DNA of 43,659 nucleotides, taken from positions 1-43,659 of the forward strand of contig DFZI01000047.1 in NCBI GenBank assembly GCA_002383665.1, written 5' to 3'. Both the position numbers and the translations under genes were made by a program. The stretch comes from Dehalococcoidia bacterium UBA4060. Its GTDB lineage: Bacteria; Chloroflexota; Dehalococcoidia; GIF9; UBA5629. The notes beneath the pieces are model-generated. The model searched no databases. It was not told the DNA's origin and saw only the letters and a program-made list of their open reading frames with translations. Each line of letters starts with the position of its first letter. Position 1 is the stretch's first letter. Positions 1 through 9,391 of the stretch are shown here, piece by piece.

Positions 1-1
1 T

Positions 2-781
2 ATCAACCGCACACCGTTCACACAGATTATGGATGCCATGCTGACCAGACTCGAAAAAGCCTATAAGCAGCCCGTTGATACCGAGTTCACAGCACGCATC
101 GACCCTGACGGAAAAATCAAAATCAACCTCCTGCAATGCCGATCGCTCAAGTTACCGGGAACGACAGGTCATATCGAGTTCCCCCCGCACATACCTGACA
201 ACCGGCTGCTGTTCACTTCCAACCGGTTCATCAGCGGCGGGGCAGTACATAATATCAGGTACATCCTTTACATCGATCCAGAAAAATATGCCGGCATCGG
301 CTCGGTCGAAACAAAACGCTCGCTTGGCAGGGCCGTAGGCAAGATCAACCACAACCCCGACATCATCAAGGGTAAAATCATGATGATGGGTCCCGGCCGA
401 TGGGGCAGCAGTAACATCGACCTTGGCGTCAATGTTGGCTATGCTGATATCGACAATGCCTCGGTGCTGGTTGAAATAGCACGCGAGGAACGCGGCCATA
501 TCCCCGAAGTCTCTTACGGCACTCACTTTTTCCAGGACCTGGTAGAAGGCGGCATCATGTACCTGCCTATTTACCCCTCAGAACCTGACACACGCTTCAA
601 CGAACCTTTCTTTAATGGTACAGATAATGTGCTGCCTGATCTGATGCCGGAACTTGCTGAATATGCGGATTTGCTTACCTTGATCGACACCTCCCGTTGC
701 GGCAATGCACAATGTGCTCATATCCTAGCAGATCCCAGAGAACATAAGGCCGTCTGCTTTCTGGACATGATATGCCTTTAG
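2..781 (+). CDS. PEP/pyruvate-binding (PEP synthase / PPDK N-terminal-like) domain protein, C-terminal part; 5' end lies off-window
   Basis: The frame stays open from base 2 (INRTPFTQI precedes the listed Met). QPVDTEFTA...INLLQCRSL resembles the end of the PPDK_N ATP-grasp domain, followed by a GPGRWGSSNIDLGVNVGY region. Stop at 779-781. Confidence 0.5.
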   Translation: MNRTPFTQIMDAMLTRLEKAYKQPVDTEFTARIDPDGKIKINLLQCRSLKLPGTTGHIEFPPHIPDNRLLFTSNRFISGGAVHNIRYILYIDPEKYAGIGSVETKRSLGRAVGKINHNPDIIKGKIMMMGPGRWGSSNIDLGVNVGYADIDNASVLVEIAREERGHIPEVSYGTHFFQDLVEGGIMYLPIYPSEPDTRFNEPFFNGTDNVLPDLMPELAEYADLLTLIDTSRCGNAQCAHILADPREHKAVCFLDMICL

Positions 782-840
782 TGTTTTCCTGAGTCTTTCC
801 GTAAGCCATTACGGCACAGCTATTACTGTGACTCCGATAC

Positions 841-869
841 TTGATTTTCTTATTTATGCATGATAATAT
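841..869 (+). promoter_or_regulatory. Candidate sigma70-type promoter for nrpR-hisF-gdhA
   Basis: TTGATT (841-846), 17-nt spacer, TAATAT (864-869), with TG at 861-862 (extended -10). The GTG at 870 abuts the -10, so the ATG at 900 is the likelier start. Confidence 0.4.
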
Positions 870-899
870 GTGGCAATCGGTTGCCGTTATCCTAACAAT

Positions 900-1901
900 A
901 TGGCCTTTGAAACACAGGACGTAGAACGAAAAACCTACTCGATCCTTAAGGTGCTACACAATTCAAGTGATGCACTGGGGTCGATAGTAATTGCGCGCAG
1001 GCTGAAAGAACTCGGCATTGATCTCGGAGAGAGGGCTGTCCGCTATCACCTCAAGCTCATGGATGAACAGGGTCTGACCAGGTTGGTGGGACGCAGAGAT
1101 GGTCGTGTCATTACGGAGCTCGGCATCAAGGAACTTAAACACGGCATGGTCAAGGACAAGATTGGCTTTGCCATATCACGTATAGAGCTGCTGGCTTACC
1201 GCACAACTTTCGACCTGAATACGCGCACTGGCATGGTACCGGTCAACATATCTGTCTTTAAAAAACAGGACCTACAAAAAGCGTTGAAGCTGATGAAACC
1301 GGTCTTCAACGCCAGGCTATGCGTCAGCAACCTTGTCTCAATTAGTGACGAGGGAGAAAAGATCGGGGACATGACGGTGCCTCAGGGCAAGATCGCACTC
1401 GGCACCGTCTGCAGCATTATCATCAATGGCACACTGCTCAAGGCAGGAGTGCCCATGAATTCCAAGTTCGGCGGGTTATTGCAGATGGAAGACTATAACC
1501 CGCTTCGCTTCGTAGAACTCATCCATTATGGGGGCTGTTCCCTCGATCCTTCTGAAATATTCATAAAGGCCAAGATGACTTCCGTTGCCCAAGCCGCCCG
1601 GACAGGCAATGGCACGATCCTGGCCAATTTCCGTGAGATACCTTCGATCTGCCGTCCTGTTGCACATGATGTAATTTCAAAACTGGCCAAGGCCAGAATC
1701 AATGGGTCGCTGGCTTTCGGCAATGTCAGCGAGCCTGTTTGTGAGGTCGATGTTGACCTTAACAGGGCTGGAATGATCCTGATCGGTGGCCTGAACCCCG
1801 TTGCCGCGGTTGAAGAGGCAGGAATCGATGTTGAAACCTATGCCATGAGCACCGTCGTTGATTACAAGGAACTTTTTGACTATGAGGAGCTGATTGAATG
1901 A
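900..1901 (+). CDS. nrpR: NrpR-family nitrogen regulatory repressor (wHTH plus one DUF128 sensor domain)
   Basis: The N-terminus YSILKVLHNS...GERAVRYHLKLMDEQGLT...ITELGIKEL closely resembles methanogen NrpR. Length fits a single-NRD form. Its stop overlaps the hisF start (ATGA). Confidence 0.75.
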   Translation: MAFETQDVERKTYSILKVLHNSSDALGSIVIARRLKELGIDLGERAVRYHLKLMDEQGLTRLVGRRDGRVITELGIKELKHGMVKDKIGFAISRIELLAYRTTFDLNTRTGMVPVNISVFKKQDLQKALKLMKPVFNARLCVSNLVSISDEGEKIGDMTVPQGKIALGTVCSIIINGTLLKAGVPMNSKFGGLLQMEDYNPLRFVELIHYGGCSLDPSEIFIKAKMTSVAQAARTGNGTILANFREIPSICRPVAHDVISKLAKARINGSLAFGNVSEPVCEVDVDLNRAGMILIGGLNPVAAVEEAGIDVETYAMSTVVDYKELFDYEELIE

Positions 1902-2683
1902 ACGAAATCAAGGTGATTCCCTGCCTTGATATCAGAGAAGGCAGGGTTGTCAAAGGCGTCAAATTCGTCGATGTCAGGGACGCACGTGACCCCGTAGAAG
2001 CTGCAGAAGCCTATTGCCGTGAGGGCGCCGACGAGCTGGTTTTTCTCGATATCTATGCCAGCATGGAGAACAGGAAAACGCGGTTGGACTGGGTCAGGAA
2101 AGTAGCGGAAAAGACCACTGTCCCCTTTGCCGTAGGCGGAGGCATAAGCAGCATAGAGGATATGAAAGCGCTGATCGATGCCGGTGTAGATAAGGTTTCC
2201 ATTAATACAGAAGCAGTTAAAAATCCTGACCTGATCAGTGCTGCGGCAGCCGAATTTGGCAAGGGCCGCCTTATAGTAGCCATTGACGGCCTTAAAAATC
2301 CCACCGGCAGCAGCCGGCCAAGGCTCGAAGTTGTGATCAGGAGCGGCACTGAACCAACAGGTATAGCCATCATAGACTGGGCACGCAAGGTAGAAAAACT
2401 CGGCGCCGCTGAAATACTCTTGACCAGTAAAGATGCCGACGGTACCAAAGAAGGCTATGATCTTGAGATGACGCGTGCGGTAGCGGAAGCAGTCTCCATC
2501 CCGGTCACCGCATCAGGCGGCGCTGGTAAGCTTGAACACTTCTATGATGCCGTAGTCAAAGGCAAAGCTGCGGCTGTACTGGCTGCCTCCATATTCCATT
2601 TCAAGGAAATTTCCATCAGGGAAGTCAAGGAATATCTCAAAGGCAAGGGTATTCCAGTAAGACTGGAGCCTATAAAAAAATAA
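1898..2683 (+). CDS. hisF: Imidazole glycerol phosphate synthase cyclase subunit HisF
   Basis: Similar along its full length to HisF: VIPCLDIREGRVVKG, DELVFLDI, VGGGI, LLTSKDADGTKEGYD, ASGGAG, AASIFHF. Confidence 0.9.
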   Translation: MNEIKVIPCLDIREGRVVKGVKFVDVRDARDPVEAAEAYCREGADELVFLDIYASMENRKTRLDWVRKVAEKTTVPFAVGGGISSIEDMKALIDAGVDKVSINTEAVKNPDLISAAAAEFGKGRLIVAIDGLKNPTGSSRPRLEVVIRSGTEPTGIAIIDWARKVEKLGAAEILLTSKDADGTKEGYDLEMTRAVAEAVSIPVTASGGAGKLEHFYDAVVKGKAAAVLAASIFHFKEISIREVKEYLKGKGIPVRLEPIKK

Positions 2684-2713
2684 ATTAACTGTCAATATTA
2701 TTCAGGAGGAAAC

Positions 2714-3961
2714 ATGTCACAGATCAACCCATTCGAAATCGTACAAAAACAGGTCGACAAATGCGCCAGAATCCTCAAGCTGGATAGCGATGTAACTGAC
2801 GTGTTAAAAAGCCCCATGCGGGAGCTTCACGTATCTCTGCCCGTACGCATGGATAATGGCACGATCAGGGTCTTCCAGGGGTTCCGTGTTCAGTATAATG
2901 ACGCCAAGGGCCCGACCAAAGGCGGCATACGCTTCCATCCCGATGAGACAATCGACACCATACGTGCTCTGGCAGCCTGGATGACCTGGAAATGTGCACT
3001 GATGGATCTCCCACTGGGTGGTGGCAAAGGCGGTATTATTTGTAATCCCAAGGAATTATCTGAGGGTGAGCTCGAACGCCTGAGCAGGTCATACGCCAGA
3101 GCAGTATACCAGTTCATCGGGCCGGAAAGGGATGTTCCAGCTCCCGATGTTTATACCACACCGCAGATCATGGCCTGGATTATGGATGAATATTCAGCTA
3201 TGGCTGGCAAACCCCAGTTCGGCGTCATCACCGGCAAGCCTCTGGCGCTGGGCGGATCAAAAGGTCGCGGCGATGCTACTGCTAAGGGAGGGATGTACTG
3301 CATCCGCGAGGCAGCCAAGATGCTCAAGCTTGACCTTGCTAAAGCCACTATCGCCGTCCAGGGCTATGGAAATGCCGGTTACTATGCTGCCAGACTGGCC
3401 AGTGAGATGTTCGGCTCAAAAGTAGTCGCCGTTTGCGACAGCCAAGGCGGCTGCTACTGTAAATCCGGCCTCGATGCCGAAGAAGCACTCAAGATCAAGA
3501 ATAAGACCACTTCAGTCTGCAATCTGAAAGCGGGCGATAAAATCAGCAGCGAAGAGATACTGGAGCTCAATGTCGATATCCTCATTCCGGCTGCTATGGA
3601 AAACGTCATCACGGAGAAAAATGCCGGCAGTATTAAGGCCAAGATGGTCGTCGAGCTGGCCAACGGTCCCACAACTCCAGAAGCCGATGACATCCTTTAT
3701 AAAAAGGGTGTCCATGTCATCCCCGATTTCCTGGCCAATGCCGGTGGTGTGACTGTTTCTTATTTCGAGATGGTTCAGAATTTCAATATGTATTACTGGA
3801 CCGAGGAAGAGGTCTACCGGCGTCTGGATGAGAAGATGACCACCGCCTACCGTTCCGTCTGGGATACACATAAGGAATATAAGATCAACATGAGGCAGGC
3901 TGCTTATGTGAAGGCCATTGAGCGTGTCGTGGAAGCCATGAAGCTGCGCGGCTGGGTATAA
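2714..3961 (+). CDS. gdhA: Glutamate dehydrogenase
   Basis: KGGIRFHP...WMTWKCALMDLPLGGGKGGI active-site region, a GYGNAG Rossmann motif, and a GGAGG SD 6 nt upstream. Confidence 0.9.
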   Translation: MSQINPFEIVQKQVDKCARILKLDSDVTDVLKSPMRELHVSLPVRMDNGTIRVFQGFRVQYNDAKGPTKGGIRFHPDETIDTIRALAAWMTWKCALMDLPLGGGKGGIICNPKELSEGELERLSRSYARAVYQFIGPERDVPAPDVYTTPQIMAWIMDEYSAMAGKPQFGVITGKPLALGGSKGRGDATAKGGMYCIREAAKMLKLDLAKATIAVQGYGNAGYYAARLASEMFGSKVVAVCDSQGGCYCKSGLDAEEALKIKNKTTSVCNLKAGDKISSEEILELNVDILIPAAMENVITEKNAGSIKAKMVVELANGPTTPEADDILYKKGVHVIPDFLANAGGVTVSYFEMVQNFNMYYWTEEEVYRRLDEKMTTAYRSVWDTHKEYKINMRQAAYVKAIERVVEAMKLRGWV

Positions 3962-3981
3962 TATCCCGATCCTAATTTTAT

Positions 3982-4017
3982 AAAAGGGCCGGCGCAGAAC
4001 TATCCGCAGGCCCTTTT
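3982..4017. terminator. Bidirectional intrinsic terminator between convergent gdhA and CoA-transferase B
   Basis: AAAA-GGGCCgGCG-cagaactatc-CGCaGGCCC-TTTT: a GC-rich hairpin (3986-4013) flanked by an A-tract and a T-tract. Confidence 0.55.
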
Positions 4018-4030
4018 ATGGCTATTTTAT

Positions 4031-4822
4031 CTACTTGCCTATGATCAGGCTTGCTCTGTCAATCTGGGTACGGAGTATCTCAAGGTCTTTTTCTCCCGGC
4101 TCACCGCTGATGTCGTATTTTTCCGGTATGACGATGTCAAAGCCGGAATTATCCCTGATCTCTTCCACTGTCACCCAGGGATGCACTGAGAGCAGCATCA
4201 TCTTCTTACTCTTATTATCAAAACCGAATACGCCCAGTTGTGTGATCACCCTGTACGGCCCCGATCTGGATGGCAAGCCAGCCCTTTCCCTGGCCCCGGG
4301 CCCATCCAGGTAGCCTGGCGTGGTTAAAAAGTCCAGCTTGTTGACAAAGGTACGCCTGGATTGACCGGCTACGATAATAATTGTTTTATGGCTGAGAGAG
4401 CCGATGTCACTGGCACCGCCGCTGCCTGGCAACCGCACGGATGGATGCTCATGATCTCCAATGCATGTTGTGTTAATATTCCCGTACATGTCAACCTGGG
4501 CCGCACCCAGAAATCCAACATCTATGTAACCCGCCTGGCAGATCGACATAACATTGTGCATGCTGCCGGCAGCCACGCCCCGGTAATACGTCAGACCCTG
4601 ACCAACTGATATAGGTAACTCCGGCAGAATAGGGCCTACGCCACCGGCCTCAAAAATGATCAATAATTGAGGAGCATGTGTTTTCTGTGCCAGGATCGCT
4701 GCTATCATGGGCAGTCCCGTTCCCACAAAAACCGATGTCTTATCCTGTAGGACTTTAGCCCCGGTAAAGGCTATAAATTCCCTCACGTTATATTTATTGT
4801 TAGCTGAAGTATTAGCTGACAT
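4031..4822 (-). CDS. Family I CoA-transferase, subunit B (glutaconate/3-oxoacid CoA-transferase type)
   Basis: LLIIFEAGGVGP (catalytic Glu context) and GAAQVDMYGNINTT. GAGAGGGA SD upstream. Lies directly downstream of subunit A. Confidence 0.8.
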   Translation of the reverse strand: MSANTSANNKYNVREFIAFTGAKVLQDKTSVFVGTGLPMIAAILAQKTHAPQLLIIFEAGGVGPILPELPISVGQGLTYYRGVAAGSMHNVMSICQAGYIDVGFLGAAQVDMYGNINTTCIGDHEHPSVRLPGSGGASDIGSLSHKTIIIVAGQSRRTFVNKLDFLTTPGYLDGPGARERAGLPSRSGPYRVITQLGVFGFDNKSKKMMLLSVHPWVTVEEIRDNSGFDIVIPEKYDISGEPGEKDLEILRTQIDRASLIIGK

Positions 4823-4843
4823 GATTCCCTCTCAATTTCGATT

Positions 4844-5854
4844 TTATTTACGCCACGGTGTGATAAGGGGCACCCTTAAATTTTCCCGTTCCTGTAAAAA
4901 TCTCATCTTTTTCAGCCCACCACATAGCTCCAGATATTCATCAAAGTCTTTCACACCATAAATATATTTATCTGCGTATTTCTGTACTCCTTCATCCGTC
5001 TTTGACAGGCTGAGCCACTCGGCAATATGTTCCTCATCAAAGAAATATTTCTCCTGCATTTCACAGGGGTGAGAACCGAAAGGCTGCTCCACCACAGCAT
5101 CGACCAGGTAAAAAGGTATCACCGTACGCCATGGCTCGCTACGTATAACTTCATTGTCTATAATTTCCTCGGTTGAAATAATCAGCCTGCGGGCACAATG
5201 TGCCAGTTCGCAGTCCTCCACCAGTATTCCATCGATCTGGCAGTTTCCGTAAATGTCACAGCGGTGCACATGAATAAAAACAACATCCGGATAAGCCGCT
5301 GGGATCAGATTGATCGGCTTTCCGCTGAAGGGATCAATAACTGTTTTGCATGAGCTGTATCTGCCTGTATCGGTACCCAGCATGGTCCGGCTGGGCACGA
5401 AAGGCAAACCCATCATCCCGGCGAGGAAACGCCACTGGTATCCCGCATTACTCGTCTCCGCAACAACCTTGCACCTGCCTGATTCAACCATTCTCCTTCC
5501 GGCCGGAGCTAATCCTCTTATCTCATATCCAAAGCTATATGCAGCTTCCACCCTGTCCACACACCCGTTGCCAACCAGAATATCCAGGTCATGTACCGCC
5601 GTTTTCCCCGCCATGATGAGGTTCCTCTTCTTCTGGCGCACAATCTCATAAACAACATTCATGGACACACGGGCATGTCCGAAACCTCCGCTGGCAATGA
5701 AGTCACCATCCTTTATAAACCTTGAGACAGCCTCACTGACCTTCATGGTCTTATCCTTCATCTCGCGGGACTTGTTTTCTAATACAAATTGTCGGTGCTC
5801 ATCGGGGTCATGCCATCCGATCAGTTGTCCTTTACCCTCACTAATAATCTCCAT
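4844..5854 (-). CDS. Family I CoA-transferase, subunit A
   Basis: DGDFIASGGFG and similarity to the GctA/AtoD family. AAGGAGG SD upstream of the ATG. Confidence 0.8.
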   Translation of the reverse strand: MEIISEGKGQLIGWHDPDEHRQFVLENKSREMKDKTMKVSEAVSRFIKDGDFIASGGFGHARVSMNVVYEIVRQKKRNLIMAGKTAVHDLDILVGNGCVDRVEAAYSFGYEIRGLAPAGRRMVESGRCKVVAETSNAGYQWRFLAGMMGLPFVPSRTMLGTDTGRYSSCKTVIDPFSGKPINLIPAAYPDVVFIHVHRCDIYGNCQIDGILVEDCELAHCARRLIISTEEIIDNEVIRSEPWRTVIPFYLVDAVVEQPFGSHPCEMQEKYFFDEEHIAEWLSLSKTDEGVQKYADKYIYGVKDFDEYLELCGGLKKMRFLQERENLRVPLITPWRK

Positions 5855-5988
5855 ACGTGTTTCGAGCCTCCTTGAAACATTACTTTTTCACGCATTACAC
5901 AGAGCACATACAACCCTGTTTTAAAATGGTATTTCTCAGCCATTCAATTTTCGAAGGCTGTTATCAAACGGAAAAAGAATATCGCTAA

Positions 5989-5997
5989 ACTATAGCA
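5989..5997 (-). promoter_or_regulatory. Candidate extended -10 promoter (TGcTATAGT) for the CoA-transferase genes
   Basis: The minus strand reads ggaataTGcTATAGTttagcg in the 207-nt gap after the ACAD stop. This would give a leader of about 130 nt. Confidence 0.35.
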
Positions 5998-6061
5998 TAT
6001 TCCGCTTATTTTTTTAAGCTGTTTACACCGGCTGGATTTTCTCCAAGTCCATTTTCACATC

Positions 6062-7252
6062 TTAACTGGTAACATAGCTTTTAGGCATGCCGAGTACCTT
6101 TTCACCGATAAAGCTCAGTGTCATTTGCTGGGTCACAGGCGCAAGCCGAACCAGGTTGATCTCGCGCCACCATCTTTCCACATCGTATTCCCTGCTGTAA
6201 CCATAGCCGCCGAAGACCTGCATCGACCAGAATACAGCCTTTGTAGCATTTTCCACCATAAGTGCTTTGGCCATATTTCCGGCCGCCCCGACCTCCGCAG
6301 AGTCCCGCCCCCTGTCAAAAAGATCCGCCGCCTTTAAATTCAGCAGCTTTGCTGCCTCCAATCCGGCATAGGCCTCCGCCAGGGGGAATTGCAAACCCTG
6401 ATAGCTGCCGATCGGATTACCGGCAAAGACCTTGCGGCTCCATCCATACTCAACCGCCTTATGAATAGCCAGTTTGGCGATCCCTATGCCAGCAGCCGTA
6501 AAGCTCATGCGTTCGGGATTAAGGGTGTCCAGCAGGCATTTCCAACCGCCACCCTCAGGGGGGATAAGAGCCCCGGCAAGCAGTTGCAGGTTATCAATAT
6601 TTACACTGCATGTGTGTGAATAATTGATTCCGTGCTTGGATATCGGGTTTACCTGTATGGACTGATCGGGCAAGTCGGCCAAGAACAGACTTAACCCGCT
6701 CGTCCTGCATAACACTTTCTCTCTGGGCTCAGTACGTGCCACAATCAGCATGCCACCCGCCCGGTCAGCGCCGCTGATAAAGGTCTTGTCACCATCAATG
6801 ATCCAGTAATCGCCGTTGCGTCTGGCAATCGTTCTGATATTCGGTGTGTTCGATCCCGCATCAGGTTCTGTAAGCGCCATGCAGAATTCAAGCTGTCCGC
6901 TGGCAATGCCCGGCAGGTACTTACGCTTCTGATCCTCTGTCCCATGGCGCAGAATAGTAAGGCCTCCAAACACCTCGCTTAAAATCAGGTACCAGGCACC
7001 GGCCATGCCACATCCACCTGCTGCCAACTCTTCCATAGCGATCATCAGCTCGGTCGTTCCGCTGCCAGCTCCCCCGTATTCAGGGGGGATAACAAGGCCA
7101 GTAAAACCAACCTCCGACAAGGCCTCCCAGAACTCGCTGCCGAATTCGCCCATCTCATCCTTTTTACGCCAGTATTCCGGGCCGAACTCGCCTGCCATGC
7201 TCCTGGCCGTGGTAGCAATCATTTTTTGCCGTTCATTTAACTCAAAATCCAT
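6062..7252 (-). CDS. Acyl-CoA dehydrogenase
   Basis: ACAD N, middle and C domains are present. The MCAD-type base position reads LAPVT (no Glu), while a Glu precedes the conserved Arg (NPERM), which is the IVD/LCAD-type catalytic base position. GGAGGG SD. Confidence 0.85.
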   Translation of the reverse strand: MDFELNERQKMIATTARSMAGEFGPEYWRKKDEMGEFGSEFWEALSEVGFTGLVIPPEYGGAGSGTTELMIAMEELAAGGCGMAGAWYLILSEVFGGLTILRHGTEDQKRKYLPGIASGQLEFCMALTEPDAGSNTPNIRTIARRNGDYWIIDGDKTFISGADRAGGMLIVARTEPREKVLCRTSGLSLFLADLPDQSIQVNPISKHGINYSHTCSVNIDNLQLLAGALIPPEGGGWKCLLDTLNPERMSFTAAGIGIAKLAIHKAVEYGWSRKVFAGNPIGSYQGLQFPLAEAYAGLEAAKLLNLKAADLFDRGRDSAEVGAAGNMAKALMVENATKAVFWSMQVFGGYGYSREYDVERWWREINLVRLAPVTQQMTLSFIGEKVLGMPKSYVTS

Positions 7253-7292
7253 GGATCCCTCCAGAGAGATACGTGTTACTATTTGTTCTCCT

Positions 7293-8087
7293 CTACCACC
7301 CCCGTTTACTATTATCTAATCCATACCGCTTCTTGATAAATTCGGTCGTCGCGGCCGTCGCTTCATCAAGCCGGTTAAGTTGCTTCTCATCACTTTGGAG
7401 TACAGCCCACTTCGGCACCTTCTGCCCGGGCACTGCCACAGCATACATATCCATCAAGTCGCCTTTCCTTTCTGCTTTTGGTCTGAATTTAAGATTAACC
7501 TTCTGGCCGATGAAAAGGTCATGGTAAGGTATATGTAGCATCGTACATATAGCAGTGTCCGCTCCCTCCACCTGCACCCAACCCAGGGAAAATGGCAGTA
7601 TGTGTTCAAATGGAGCTGCCGCCAGGCATTGCACAGTAAAGGTATGAATTATGCCTCTCAGCGGCATGTCTATCCATTCGGTTTCTGTCATCCTGCACTC
7701 AGGATTCCAGCAATGAGCCCTGGGAGGGCAGTAAACAGTGCCACAGTTGGGGCATTTCGTACCCTTCAGTTTGCCTTCCAGTAAACCCAAGAAAAAAGGC
7801 GACACCAGACCGTAACTGTGTGAATAGAGAGAGGCCTCCGTGCGGTCGATCACCATAAACTCTTTAAGGTTTTTCTTAGACTCATCAATCGTCCCCCCAC
7901 CCGCAGGCCCTTTCACAACCCGGTAGCCTTTTATATCCCACAGCCCCTGCCTTACCCAGGGCGCCCACTCCTTTTGGACCTCGGTGGAATGGTCGATTAC
8001 CGTCGGATAGTTGGTATATTTTTTCGGCGCAGATTCCTTGCTAACTGTCTTTCCGGGTGCGCTATCTTTCATGTTTTTTTTGTCCAT
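7293..8087 (-). CDS. DUF35 (Zn-ribbon plus OB-fold) protein with about 100-aa N-terminal and about 40-aa C-terminal extensions
   Basis: SPFFLGLLEGKLKGTKCPNCGTVYCPPRAHCWNPEC is the DUF35 rubredoxin-like zinc ribbon, followed by an OB-fold region. Start moved to the ATG at 8087, which has an AAGGAG SD 8 nt upstream (MDKKNMKD). Confidence 0.7.
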   Translation of the reverse strand: MDKKNMKDSAPGKTVSKESAPKKYTNYPTVIDHSTEVQKEWAPWVRQGLWDIKGYRVVKGPAGGGTIDESKKNLKEFMVIDRTEASLYSHSYGLVSPFFLGLLEGKLKGTKCPNCGTVYCPPRAHCWNPECRMTETEWIDMPLRGIIHTFTVQCLAAAPFEHILPFSLGWVQVEGADTAICTMLHIPYHDLFIGQKVNLKFRPKAERKGDLMDMYAVAVPGQKVPKWAVLQSDEKQLNRLDEATAATTEFIKKRYGLDNSKRGW

Positions 8088-8104
8088 CTTAATTCTCCTT
8101 ATCA

Positions 8105-9391
8105 CTAATCCTTTTCAAATATGATGACGCCGCCCTGGCAGGCCGTGCCGCCATGCCCCGTTACCATAGCCCTCCTGGCATTCTTGACCTGCAGTGCGTT
8201 TTGCCCATATTTGGTTTTTGCTTTACCGGCAAGCTGATAATACAGGAAGATAGTCTGATAAAGACCGGTAGCGCCAACGGGGTGCCCCTGTGCCGTTAGC
8301 CCACCACTCATGCTTACCGGAAGCTCGCCGCCATATTCACACAGTCCCTCCCTCACCACGTTTTTACCCTGACCCCGGCCACAGAAACCCAGGTCTTCAT
8401 AAAAGCAAAGCTCAACACCATCATAAGGCGTGAAGAGCTCAGCCACATCTATCTCTTTCAGTGGATCTGTTATACCCGCTTGAGCATATGCACGTAAGGC
8501 AGCGGCATGCATAGAGCCGAAGTTTGCCATTTCCGGGTAAGGAGTTTTAGGCCTTTTAACAAAATCGGGGTAAATGGCCGCCTTATCCCTGAATGATGAG
8601 AAAGGAAAATCAACCAACCTATCACCCGGCCTCATGGAATCAGTACCCAATCCTACCCCTGTAATCCACATCGGGTTATCCGTATATCTTTTGACTTTAT
8701 CTTCGGCAGCCAGCAGCAGGCAGGCTGCACCTTCACTGATTAGAGCATTATTGAGAGTTCTGTACGGCCAGCAGACCAGCTTGCTCTTCCAGTAATCATC
8801 CAATGTTATGTAGGCTGTTCCATGTTCCATTCGCCACTGTGAATAAGGGTTATGGGTGGCAGCATTATGGTTCTTGACCGCTATTCTGCCCAGGTCCTCA
8901 CATGTCTCACCGTATAACTGCATATGTCTCACTTCCAGCGAGGCGTAGTAAGCGTTGTAATAGCCGCCCACCGTAAAATCCCAGTCTGTATCTGCCGCCG
9001 AAGCAATCATCATGTTGGTTGTCGCTGTATCAACTTCGCTCATCCACTCCCAGCCCGGCACCAGTATCACATCAAACATCCCCGACTTAATCATAAAGTA
9101 GGCATTGGCAATCGCATCGAGCGATGTGGATCCACCTGCCTCAACCCTGTACCCGGGTTTATTATGAAAGCCCAGGTAATCCTGGATTATCCATCCCATG
9201 CAAAGCTGCTGGTTCAGATGGTCACTGAAATAGCTCATCATCAGGACATCGACATCCGCCGGATCGAAACCCGGTATGGATTTAAGCATATCCCTGTATG
9301 CTATGGCCACACCCTCCTCGGCACACTCCCCCCTCCAGATATCTGGGCGGAAAATACCACCTCCACAGACAGCAACTCTTCTTTCCGACAT
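8105..9391 (-). CDS. SCP-x/thiolase-fold protein lacking the nucleophilic Cys (Ltp2-like aldolase candidate)
   Basis: The thiolase fold is clear: RVEAGGSTSLDAIANAYFMIKSGMFDVILVPGWEWMS, GHPVGATG, GHGGTACQGG. Ungapped alignment to VCGSGLKAV...GGMESMS puts Gly at the nucleophile column. AAAGGAGG SD. Confidence 0.8.
   Translation of the reverse strand: MSERRVAVCGGGIFRPDIWRGECAEEGVAIAYRDMLKSIPGFDPADVDVLMMSYFSDHLNQQLCMGWIIQDYLGFHNKPGYRVEAGGSTSLDAIANAYFMIKSGMFDVILVPGWEWMSEVDTATTNMMIASAADTDWDFTVGGYYNAYYASLEVRHMQLYGETCEDLGRIAVKNHNAATHNPYSQWRMEHGTAYITLDDYWKSKLVCWPYRTLNNALISEGAACLLLAAEDKVKRYTDNPMWITGVGLGTDSMRPGDRLVDFPFSSFRDKAAIYPDFVKRPKTPYPEMANFGSMHAAALRAYAQAGITDPLKEIDVAELFTPYDGVELCFYEDLGFCGRGQGKNVVREGLCEYGGELPVSMSGGLTAQGHPVGATGLYQTIFLYYQLAGKAKTKYGQNALQVKNARRAMVTGHGGTACQGGVIIFEKD

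Noticed and set aside
815-830. Inverted repeat CACAG-N6-CTGTG just upstream of the nrpR -35
   Set aside because: The arms are only 5 bp, so it is too short to tell from chance without comparative data. I note it as a possible operator only.
3124-3138. GGAA-N7-TTCC, reminiscent of the methanogen NrpR operator (GGAA-N6-TTCC)
   Set aside because: The spacing is wrong and it lies inside the gdhA coding sequence. It is probably a chance match.
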